This document shows, in pieces, positions 32,375-43,769 of a stretch of DNA of 47,239 nt. The notes below the pieces were generated by a model that saw only the letters and a list, made by a program, of their open reading frames with translations, searched no databases and was not told the origin of the DNA. The stretch spans positions 1 through 47,239 of the forward strand of contig JAXLNO010000258.1 of NCBI GenBank assembly GCA_038087875.1, given 5' to 3'. The stretch's first letter is position 1; every line of letters begins with the position of its first letter. The DNA comes from Malacoraja senta. Taxonomy: Eukaryota. Position numbers and translations under genes: made by a program.

Positions 32375-35060
32375 CTTCAGGCGGGGGCTGTTGAGGGGAG
32401 GGAGTGCGAGCGTCCTGCAGCCGGCGGAGGGGGACGGCTTGAGGCAGGGGCTGTCGGGAACTGTAGGGGGGGGTGCAATTGTACTGCAGCCGGAAGAGAG
32501 GAATGGCTTGAGGAGGGGGCTGTCCAGCAGCCGGGGAGGAGGGCGAGCATCCTGCAGCCGGGTAGGGGGATGACAGTAGGCAGGGGCTGTCGGGGGTGTG
32601 AACGCCCTCCTGGTGGGTGAGAGGGCTTCATGCAGGGGCTGTTGGTGGGGGACGGGGATAGCATCAGGCGGGGGCTGTCGGGGCCCAGGGTGGGCGAACG
32701 TTCTGCAGCTGGGGGAGTGCCACGGCTTCAGGCGGGGGCCGGTGTGGGGTGGGGAGTGTCCTACAGCCGGGGGAGGGGGACGGCTTCAGGCGGGAGCTGT
32801 TGGAGCCGGTGGGGTAGGGGGAATATCCGGCAGCCAGGAGAGGGGGATGGCTTCAGGCAGGGGCTGTCAGGACCTGTGGGGGTGGGGGGAAGAGTCTTGC
32901 AGCAGCTGGAGCGTGACGGCTTCAGGTGGGGTTTGTCGGGGCCGGGTAGCGTCCTACAGCCAGGGGAGGGGGATGGCTTCAGGCGGGGGCTGTCGGGGGC
33001 CAGCGGGGGGGGGGTGCGCAAGTGACCTTCAGTTGGGGGAAGGGCGTCCTGCAGCTGGAGACGGCTTCAGGAGGGGGCTGTCAGGGGCTGGGTGGAGAGC
33101 ATCCTACAGGCGGGGAGAGGGATGGCTTTAGGTGGGGCAGCCGGTGGGGGAGGGGTGAATAGTCCTGCAGCCAGAGGAGTGGGATGATATTAGGCGGGGG
33201 CTGTCAGGGGCCGTTGGGTGGTGGGAGCGTTCTTCATCCACTGGAGGGGGACGGCTTCAGGCGGGGGCTGGCGGAGGCTGTCGGGGGCCAGTGGGGGAGG
33301 GGGTTGTCCTGCAGGCTGGGGTGGGGGACGGCTTCAGGCGAGGGTTGTTGGGGGCCGGGGAGCATCCTACAGCTGGGGAAGGGGGACGGCTTCATGAGGG
33401 AGCTGTCGGGGGCTGGGGGGGTGTAAATGTCCAGCAGCTGGGTTAGAGGGACGATTTCAGGTGTTGGCTGTCGGGGGGGAGGGGGGATAGCATCCTGTAT
33501 CCGAGGGAGGGGCATGGCTTAAGGCAGATAAGGGTGGGGAGGGGAGCGTCCTACAGCCATGGGAGGGGGACAGCTTCAGCAGGAGTTGTTGGAGCCAGTG
33601 GGGGAGAGGGGACCATCCGGTAGCCGGGAGACGTGGACGGCTTCAGGCGGGGGCTGTCATGGGCCGATGGAGAGGGAGCGTACTGCAGCAGAGGAGGGGC
33701 CGGCTTCAGGAGACGGCTGCCGGGGTCTGGGGTGAGGCGGAGTCTCAGAGGCCGGTGAGGGTGTGGGCGAGCAACCTACAGCAGGGTGAGGGGGACCCCT
33801 TCAGGCGGGGGCTGTCAGTGGGGTGTGGGCGAGCGACCTACAGATGGGGGAGGGGAACGGCTTCAGTCAGGGGCTGTCGGGGGCCAGTGGTGGGGGGGGG
33901 GAGTTTCCCGCAGCCGGGGGATGGCGATGGCTTCAGGCGGGGATGTTGGGGGCCGGTGGCGGTTGGGGGTGATGAGGGAGTGCTGCCATGGCATGCCGCT
34001 GTCATGGCCTTCCGCTGCCATGTCCTGCCATTGCCGCTTCCTACCAGCTTCAGGAGGGGGGCCGGTGGCGAGCATCCTGCAGCTGGGGACAGGGATGGCT
34101 TAAGCGGGGGGCCTGTGGGGGGGGAAGTGTCATGCTGTCAGGGGCGTCCTGTAGCCGGAAGAGGGGGACGGCTTCAGGTGGCGTCCAGCGTAGGTGCCCT
34201 GTAGCTGTGGAGGGGGGGGGCAGGGTAGCATCCCACAGTGGGGTATGGGGACGGCTTCAGGAGGGGTCTGTCGCGGGCAAAGCAGGGGGGAGAGGGAGTG
34301 TCTTACAGGTGGGGGAGGGGCTTCAGGCAGGGACCAGTGGGAGACTTTCTGGCTAGTACAGATGTTGTGGGCCGAAGGGACTGGTTTCTGCAGCCGGGGA
34401 AGGGGGACGGCTTCAGGTTGGCGCTGTCATTGGCTAATGGGGGTCAGGCGGGCGTCCTGCAGCCGTGCGAGGGGGACAGCTTCAGGCGGGGCCTGTCAGG
34501 GGCCGGTCGGGGAGGGGTAAGCGTCCTGCTTCCCAGGAGGGGAACGGCTTCAGGCTCGGCCTGTCGAGGGCCGGTGGGGAGGGGGTGAGTGCTGCTGTGG
34601 CCTACCGCTGCCGTGGTCTACGGCGGCCACTGCCTACCCCTGCCGCTGCCTACCCCTGCTGCTGCTTACCCCTGCTGCTTCCTACCCCTGTCATTGCCTA
34701 CCTCTGCCTCTGCCTACCCCTGCCACTGCCTACCAGTGCCACTGCCTACCCCTGCCACGGCCTTCCCCTGCCACTGCCTACCCCTGCCACTGTCGTGGTC
34801 TACCGCTGCCGCTGCCTACCCTACCGCTGCTGGGGCCTACCGCTGCTGCACACCACCGGCTTCAAGCGGGGACCGGTGGGGAGCATCCTGCAGCTGGGAA
34901 CTGGGACGGCTTCAGGCGGGGACCGGTGGAGGGGGAGGGTGGAGCTGGGGACAGCTGGGGACAGGATGGCTTCAGGCGAGGGCTGGTGGGGGGTGCATCC
35001 TGCAGCCGGGGAATGGCATCAGGCTGTCGGGGGCCGGTGGGGATTGGGGGAGAGCGTCCT
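32375..35060 (+). repeat. G-rich minisatellite, roughly 35-40 degenerate units of ~60-70 bp
   Basis: Recurrent GGCTTCAGGCGGGGGCTGTCGGGG...GAGCGTCCTGCAGCCGGGGGAGGGGGAC. Confidence 0.9.
34597..34845 (+). repeat. Embedded C-rich ~15-bp tandem repeat
   Basis: (GCCTACCCCTGCCAC/GCT)n units, opposite strand skew to the surrounding array. Confidence 0.85.
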
Positions 35061-35218
35061 GCACTCATTCCATCCCCACCCATTGGTTTCCCATTGGGAT
35101 GTAGAACAAGCAGGTATTGCTGCGCAGGCGTAGCTGATGGGCACGGCAAGTGAAAAATGGATTTATTAAAGCTTAAAATGTGAATAACAAAATATAACAA
35201 CAAAATATAACAACAACT
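35061..35218 (-). mobile_element. Second copy of the Helitron subterminal region
   Basis: CCCATTGGGATGTAGAACAAGCAGGTATTGCTGCGCAGGCGTAGCTGA...TTAAAATGTGAATAAC matches 29720-29740 joined to 30514-30605. Confidence 0.75.
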
Positions 35219-35914
35219 TAGAGAGGAGGGATAGTGGTCCCCCTATAGAAGTCCAGTCTTAGCGAAGGATAGTAACATTCAGGAGGAAAAGTAGTCATTT
35301 AAGTAGTACCCCTCAGCAAAGAGTAACCTAGGAAGGGGAAAATGGGTATCAGAGGGAAAGGTTCACTGAGTGATAACAGTGTGACACGGCATTGAGATCG
35401 AGTGTTTGTAAACTGTGCTCTAGTGCCTTAAATCATTTTTGTAAATTGTAAAAATCTAGCTTTTTGTATTGTTATCGGATCTGAATTGTGTAAATATTCC
35501 GTGTATGTAAATAAACTTAGAGTGTATTAAGATTTAGAAAGTTAAGATTTAGAGTGTGTTAAGTTCGCGGACCGCTGTTTGTATTGCTGCTTGTGCGAGT
35601 ATTTACGGATTTAGATACTGTAAGTAAAAGTGTGTTTGAGTTAAATATTTGTAATTGTTTAGTGAAGTATTGTGAGAAACTGAGTCAGGGTGGTTTGATC
35701 AGGGGTTGTTTTACTTCGGAGTCACGTGAGTGATTCCGTGAAGAACCCGCCAGTCAGCATGCGCGTCATTACGTCTGACGCATGGCGCAGCAACCAGCTC
35801 AGAGGTGCATCGCTCATCCAGCGGTAAGTTTAAAAAGCCGCAGGTAAGTGTCAAACTTAGTCGGAGGTCGTTTCTGTGCTTGTTAAATTTTGTTACAGGA
35901 GGGCAAGTCCAAGC

Positions 35915-37073
35915 ATGGAGAAATCGTTGAGAGCAAGGCGAGCCGTTGCAAAAGTCACTAAGGACCGCGGGAGTGCGGGAAGCGGACGGCCGCCTAGTTC
36001 ATCTACTGAGTCGCTAATAGTGAAACCAGCGACTGCAGACTTGGTGTCTGAGGGCACCGTGGCTGCGCCAGTCAGCGTAAAGCCACCAGGAAGTCTGTAC
36101 GGCCGATAGACTCTGACAAGTCCGGTCGGGAGGGTTCCCCTCCAAGAATGGATACCGTGTTTGGTCGGTTATCCAGGATGGAGCTCCTAATGGAGGGGAT
36201 GATCCATCAAGAGCGCCGGCCTCTCCAAGACCCCGCGCCAGCGGCACCTACTACAGGGCTGCCTAATGTCTCCCTCTTGGAGGAGGAGAGCATAACGGGT
36301 CAGTATGAGTCTGACGCCGAGTCTGTGGGCTTAGCATTGGAGGCTGCCCCAAGGGACGAAGGGCACGAGCCGGAGGTCCCATTCCTGGCAGCAAGATTTG
36401 CCATCCCGACAGATTCTGGAGAGCCGCTGAGTGAAGAATTGGCTGCCACAATAAATTACTTGGCCTCACACCAGCTTCAGGAGCTGACCATGGATACAAC
36501 AGCTCGGAAATATGACACACCGGCTAATTGTATCCTGCTTAAAGTGCCGGCAGTAAACCATGCCATCTGGGGCCATATGGGAGTAGGCATCATGGCGCAG
36601 GAGATGAAGCTGCAGAGGGTACTGAAAGCTACTCGCTTCCGGCATTACGGCATTCGGGAGGTCGGTGGATGGTGGGCACCTGACTGAGGTTCAGCAGGAT
36701 GCCCTGGCTCTCATGTGCAATGTGCACTTTGAGATTAACTGCCTTAGAAAGAGCGCCATCCGCCTACAATCAATCCAAAATTCGCTGCCCTGTGTAAGCC
36801 TAGCAACGTCCAGCCACCAAATCTGTTATTCGGGAGGACCTCGCAAAATGGGTGAAGGATCTGGACGACGAGGCAAAAACCGTCGGGCTCATTAAGGTGC
36901 CAATGACCAGCAGAACCCTTCGGAGGCAGCACCCCTACAAGCGGTTTGCCGAAACCGGATGCGGGCAAGGACCAAGCCGGCCATTCAATGTGCGCAGCTG
37001 GCGCACTCCAGCAGGAGCACGAGCAAGCATGCCTTTTCCCACCAGAGCCAGGGGACAAAGAACTCCACCGTAA
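35915..37073 (+). pseudogene. DIRS-B gag-like ORF1, fragmented
   Basis: ORF pieces 35915-36109, 36148-36687, 36665-36895, 36852-37073; P.NC..LKVPAVN..IW motif typical of DIRS ORF1. Confidence 0.75.
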
Positions 37074-37917
37074 CCATGGAGGTAGGTGGGTCTTGTGCTT
37101 GTCAAAACATATTCAGTGAGAATGGGTGAAGGATCTGGACGACAAATCCCAGAAGCAGGGATTCAAATTTCTGGATCATTGGGACCTCTTTTGTGGAAGT
37201 TGCGACCTGTACAAAATGGATGGATTGCACTTGAACCTGAGGGGGACCGATATCCTGGCGGGGAGATCTGCAAAGGCTACTGGGGAGACTTTAAACTAGT
37301 ATGGTTGGGGGGAGGGACTCAAATAGAGAATGCTATTAGACAGTGTGTGAGGCAGGAGCAGAGAAGGAAAGCACTTCGACCAACATGTAGGGGGGAAAGA
37401 AGAAAACAATAATAAACAGAGAATAAGAGGTGGTGGGGTTCTTAAATGGGTGAGCAGAGAAACAGAGGGGTGTAAAATGCGGGCGGAAGCAATAGGTAAC
37501 AAGGTGAAAAGTAAAAGTGGCAGCCAGACAAATCCAGGGCAAAAATCAAAAAGGGCCACTTTTCAACATAATTGTATAAGGGGAACTTCCGGTGGCGCCA
37601 TGGTGCATTGAACAGGCGTACCATTTAGCTCCGTGCCCGTAATTAGCGCATTTTCGCTTTAAAAATCGTTTTGTAGTCGGGACCGGGTGAAAAAAAGCTG
37701 CTCGTCGCGGTGCTGATGACGTCATCAGAATCGCCGCGAAAATAACGGAGGTTTAAACTATTTATGAATGAAAAAATAACTCCCTGTCAGAGCCATCAGA
37801 GATCTGTCTTCAGCAACTTCTGAAAAAACAGTCACCACCTGAAAAATTCAAGAACCAGAAGAAGTATCTGCTGAACTTCAAGAACCTGAAGAAGCAACTG
37901 CTGCATTAGCCCTGAAA

Positions 37918-38837
37918 ATGGCTACAAGATCAAAGGCTGAAATGGCTGAAAATGTTTTAAAGGACAAAGAGATTGAGGAAATTAAAGCTTCGGTGAGTGA
38001 CTTAAAAAATGAACTTCTGGCATGTAATAAAAGTATGATGGAGAGTATGATGGAGAACATGAACATCGGAAATCAGAAAGTAATTGATTCAATCAGTAAT
38101 GTAAATAAACGAATAGATGATGTTCATGGTGAATTATCTCTGAAAATTGATAAAGTGGAAATAGATTGTACTAATAAGTTGGATGTGGTCCACCAAACTG
38201 TTACAACATGCTGTACTGCCATTAAAGATATGGAAATAGCAATGTTACAAATGGCTGAAGAAATGCAGAAAATCAAGAAGAATTATGAAGATGTCGGGGT
38301 CAGCTGGCTAAAACGTCGGATAAATGCCTTGATTTGGAAGCAAGGTCAAGACGGCAGAATTTAAGAATAGTTGGAGTGTCAGAAGGAGAGGAGTGGGATG
38401 ATCCCCAAGAGTACACTGCTAACTTACTTAAAAATATACTCGACCTGCCAGCTAAACCGAAAATAGAAGTGGCACACCGGGTGAATCGGCCAAAAACAAG
38501 GGCAAACATAAAAGGAGCTCCCCCACGACAGATCATTGTCAAATTTCGGGACATTTCAGCTTTGGAAGAGGCCATGAGAAAAATTCAGCACGGAAAGATT
38601 ATGAAGTTTGGGACGGACACTATCAGACTTTTTAGAGACTATCCTTATGAAATTGCTAAAAAAATGAGAAGCGTTTAAAATACACAACAGATCTTGAAAG
38701 GGCACATGGACATCAGATATGGGATAATTTATCCGGCTAAGATGATCATTACTTATAAACACACCGAACGCAAGTTTACTGATCCAGAAGCTGCTTACAA
38801 ATATGCTCAAGACATCGTAAAGGAAATAGAGGCTTAA
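37918..38837 (+). pseudogene. L1-B ORF1p, frameshifted
   Basis: Coiled coil, DLEARSRRQNLRIVG, IEVAHRV, PRQIIVKF, LFRDYP, YPAKMIITY. Confidence 0.9.
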
Positions 38838-39588
38838 GTAAAACATCACATCCTCAAGACAAGGTTTTTTTTCTACAGACAACGGCTGAAGGAAGGTCGA
38901 TAGAAAATAACTCTTTAAATTTTAAGATGGCGCAGCTCCTCCATGTGCGGCTGTCTAGACTCTTATCTCCTCAAGGACAAATTCGGCTTCAACATGAGCG
39001 AAAGATGGAATAACAAGGGCGTGGCTGAAGGAGCAACCTAACGAAGATGGATGGTGAAAAAAATTCCTGAATGAAAGACTTAAAATCTTATCCCTACACT
39101 AATTCCATACTAACACAAAACTACTGAACTAATATAGTAATAGTAATTAAAGTTATCGAAATTAACACACTAACAATAACAATAATTGATTTAAAATTGA
39201 ATTGCTTAATTGATAAAAGGTAATAATTCATTATAAGGATTAACCCCCCCCCCCCCCTCAGGTATGGGAGGAGGGGGGCTAAACATAAGAAAATAGATTT
39301 ACAATAAACTAACAGATTAATTTAGAACTTATGATAAGTTGTAGTTCAAATTTTGGGGAAGGAGGCGAGGAGATTCAGAAGCTTGGCAAATAGCCAGGTG
39401 CTGAATCGGGTTAACCCCTTCCAACCAAAGGCAGATTAGTATGGATGAGAAAGAAAATGTAATAATTGTTATTATAAGTAAATGGTAGATAATTTTGCAG
39501 ATTATAGAAGTTTTATTTAGATATAAAGATATGACACATAAAATTTGGCTTTGAATGGGTCCCAACTCCCTTTTGTAAGATTAATCAA

Positions 39589-39760
39589 GGGGACGGAGCT
39601 AAATGTAGATTAACAACTACGGAAGTCATTAAATATGTAACTACCACCATTAGGTGGATAATCGGTCACAGTGTCGTCATTTTTAGACACTGTAACCTCA
39701 CTTTTTTGATTTTTTTTTTAATGTCACAATAATGTACACTTTTTTGTTTTTTCACTTAAG
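39589..39760 (+). promoter_or_regulatory. Conserved structured element plus U-rich tract in the L1-B inter-ORF spacer
   Basis: Homologous to 16910-17105; hairpins CCACC-ATTA-GGTGG (39644-39657) and GGTcACAGTGTC/GACACTGTaACC (39664-39697). Confidence 0.55.
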
Positions 39761-39876
39761 GACAATTTTGAGAGGGATGTAATAACTGAATTTATTATTG
39801 CAAATGCTCGCCCAACAGCCAGAGACCTAAGGTATTGTTTGCCACCACATGTTTAAAAGGTATTAAATAATTCAAA

Positions 39877-42800
39877 ATGCAAGACGATAAACAAAAGAAA
39901 TTTGGAGGAATCACATTCTGCAGTTGGAATATTAGGGGTGCTAATGAACCAATTAAAAGGGATAAGATTCTTGCACAATTGAAGTCCACTCAAGACGGAT
40001 GTAATATTCCTACAATAAACTCACTTGAAACTACAAGCCTAAGCCAGATTGACGGCAAACTGGATAGGCCAAACATACCAATCTTCATATATTTCCAAAG
40101 CTAGAGGCACAGCCATCATTATTCGAAAAGGTATACCATTTAAATCGAAGAATATCATGACAGATAAGGAAGGGAGATACCTTATAGTTACCGGAGAGAT
40201 TCATGCTACCCCAATTACCTTGGTAAATATTTATGCGCCTAATTTTGATAATCCTCAATTCTTTAATAAAATTCTTAATATAATTACAGAGTGCAATTAT
40301 CAAAATGTGATAATTGGGGGAGATTTTAACTGTGTGTTAGATCCATATTTGGATAAATCTTCACAACAGAGTAGGGGCAACATAAAATCTAAAACCAGGG
40401 AAATCTTAAATACTTACATAAAAAAATACAAATATAACAGATGTTTGGAGGATCGCTAACCCGGTCGGAAGGGAATACTCATTTTATTCAATGGTACACA
40501 AAACTTATTCACGTATCGACTATTTTTTAGTGGATACAAAATTAATCCCCTATACAATGAATCCAAAATATCACAATAGTATAATTTCTGATCATTCCCC
40601 GTTAACTTTTTTTTTTTAATTAGAGGGAATGCCTTCTAATAAATCGTTTTGGAGGTTTAATCCTCAAATTTTAAATGACCCACAAGGGGAAATATATTTA
40701 AAACAACAGATGGAACTTTTTTTAAAGAATAATGACACCCCAGATATCTCACCAGTTCTACTATGGGAATCATTTCAAAGCAGTTATTAGAGGATCTATA
40801 ATCTCATACCAAGCTTTTTTGAATAAAAGGAATAAGAAAGAACAAAGGCAGTTAGAGGAACAAATTAGAGATTTGGAATTAGACAATGCTAAAGAGCCTA
40901 CTATAGATAAACATAATAAAATAACAATAATGAAATTTAAATTAAACTAAATATTATCAGCAAATGTTATTAGATTATTTCAAATCACAAAAACAGGAAC
41001 ATTTTGAATTTGGGGATGAACCACATAAGCTTCTGGCTCGACAACTGAAAAAACATGAAAAGGATCACACGATTTTAAAGATTAAATCAGATAAAGGGGA
41101 ATTGTTAACACTTCCTAAGGATATTAACAAAAGATTCGCTCAATTTTATCAACATTTATATACATCTAAAGCGGGTAGCAGACAGTACCAAAGTAAGAGA
41201 GTTCCTGGATAATTGTAATCTCCCAAAATTCAATATGAGTGAACAAGAGGAACTAGGTGCACAAGTCTCAACCAAGGAAATAGAAGAAACAATAAATACA
41301 TTAAAAAATGGAAAAACTCCTGGACCAGATGGTTTTAGCAATGAATTTTATAAAAGATTTTACGAGATAATTACACCACGACTACATAAAATGTATACAT
41401 ATGCCTTTAAAGAACATACACTTCCAGAAACATTGGCGGAGTCAACGATTACACTTATACCTAAAAAAGGTAAAGTTTTAGAAGATCCGGGTTCTTATAG
41501 AGCTATTGCGCTGCTAAACACAGATCAAAAAATACTAGCGAAAACATTAGCTAGAAGGCTAAGTAACTATGTCAGTAAATTGATAAATCCGGATCAAACA
41601 GGGTTTATACCCAAGAGATACTCAAGCAATAATCTGAGACATCTGTTTAATATAATGCACTCACATAAAACCGAAGAGCAAGACTTATCAATTATTTCAC
41701 TGGACGCAGAAAAAGCATTTGATCAAGTGGAATGGGATTATATGGTTAAAGTATTGCAAAAATTTCAAATGGGGGATAATTTTATCGCTTGGGTAAAATT
41801 ATTATATGATAGGCCTACGGCCAGAATATTAACTGATAATATTTTGTCCTCGAAATTTCAGTTATCAAGGGGAAATAGACAGGGGTGTTCATTATCACCT
41901 CTGCTATTTGCTCTGGTAATAGAACCGTTAGCGGAAAGTATTAGGATACATCCGAATATTCATGGATATAATACAAAATATTTCAAATAATAAGATATCT
42001 TTATATGCAGATGATGTACTACTATATATTACAAAATCACAAATTAGTATACCAAATATATTAAATTTAATTGAGGAATTCGGATCCTTCTCAGGATATA
42101 GAATAAATTGGAATAAAAGTGAAATTATGACGATTAAACCTCAAGAATCGACACACCTGTTAAAATTCCCTTATAAAATCGCTTTAGAAAAATTTAAATA
42201 TTTGGGAATTGAAATTACTAGAAAATATAAATCACTATTTAATGCAAACTATATGCCCTTACTCAATAAATTAAACACATTGATTAAATTCCGGAAAACC
42301 CTCCCGATGTCTCTTATGGGCCGAATAAATGCTATAAAAATGATTTTTTTACCACAAATTTTATATCTATTCCAGTCAGACAATTCGGCCCAACGGGTGG
42401 ATTGGATAGTAATGGAGAGAGAGGACTGTTCCCCTTTCAATATAGGAGCGATCCTTCTCTCACCAACAAAAATAAAGAATACAATATATAGTAAAAATCC
42501 AATTATTCATAGTACAATTAGAATTTGGAAACAAATAAAATTAACGTTAAAATTAAGAAATCTATCACTACTTTCTCCTATAATGAATAACCCTGCATTT
42601 AAACCTTCTATGATAGATAGAGCATTTATAAATTGGAAAGAGTAGGAATTAAAACATTTGGAGATATGTATGATAAGTATGGAGATATGTATGATAATGG
42701 AAGTTTTTTAACATTTAATCAATTACAACTTAAATACAACTTGAATAGTAATCAATATTTTAAATATTTTCAACTACGTGATTATTTGAAAAAGTATACA

Positions 42801-43410
42801 CGAGAATATCAAAACATGTCTCCTGACGTATTAGATGGGATAATGAATATAAAAGCGGAATCAGCTAATTTAATATCATACCTATATAACTCCATTTAAA
42901 CATAGAAAATTCCAGCATCGGACAGGAATAGAAGAGAATGGGAACAGGAACTAGCTATAAAAATCTCGAAAGAGAGTTGGGATAGACATCTATTATATCT
43001 GCATATATGTTCGATTAACGTAAGACATACTGTGATTCAATTTAAAATTTTACATAGATTATATTGTTCAAAAGCTAAATTAAGTAAATTTTACCCTAAT
43101 ACCTTGGCTAACTGTGATAAATGCCTAGTCCAAGAATCAACTATAGCACATTCTTTTGTATTTTGTATAAAAATTCAAAAATTTTGGAATGACATTTTTG
43201 AAATTTTCTCTAAATTATTTAAATAAAATTGAAACCGAATGCAGAACTGATTATTTTTGGAACAACAGAAGCAAGTTTGGAGCTGACTGTGTTTCAAAGG
43301 AGTTTTCTTAGTTATGGTTTATTAACGGCAAAAAAACTGATATTGAAATTTTGGAAAAATGCCCCTACGCCAACAATAAAAATACAAACATAGGGTGCAA
43401 CAAAATGTTG
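39877..43410 (+). pseudogene. L1-B ORF2p, fragmented
   Basis: SWNIRG, NIYAPN, GGDFN, KTPGPDGF, LDAEKAFD, RQGCSLSP, LYADD, CDKC...H...C. Confidence 0.93.
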
Positions 43411-43769
43411 ATAGTAAATGGTTTTAGGACCTGGCGAGGGGTGAGTAAAGATAAGAAGTAGACACATCCCTTTCATATTGTCCTATCTTATTTTCTTTTT
43501 TCTCTTTTTTTCTTTCTTTTCTTCTTTAACTACTTCTTGTGGTTTAGGTTCACAAGAGTGTTCCTGGACCACTTTCATTCACTCATTGACTATCTTTGCG
43601 AGCTCTTTCTATCCTTTTTTCTATTAAAGTTGAAAAACAGAAGTGGTACAAGAATTGTATAAAATTATGTTATGTTATTGCAGATAACTGTAATGTAAAA
43701 ATACTTCTAATCAAAAATAAAAAAAATAAAAAATAATTGTATAAGGGGTAAGAGCGTTGTAAAAACAAG

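Larger units (their letters stand above)
37584..43732 (+). mobile_element. Full-length L1-clade LINE (L1-B), ~6.15 kb
   Basis: 16-bp TSD ATAATTGTATAAGGGG at 37568-37583 and 43733-43748; 5' ACTTCCGGTGGCGCCATG; A-rich tail. Confidence 0.96.

Noticed and set aside
32337..35203. Many overlapping Gly/Arg/Pro-rich ORFs
   Set aside because: Artefacts of a stop-poor GC-rich tandem repeat; open in all frames with no domain motifs.
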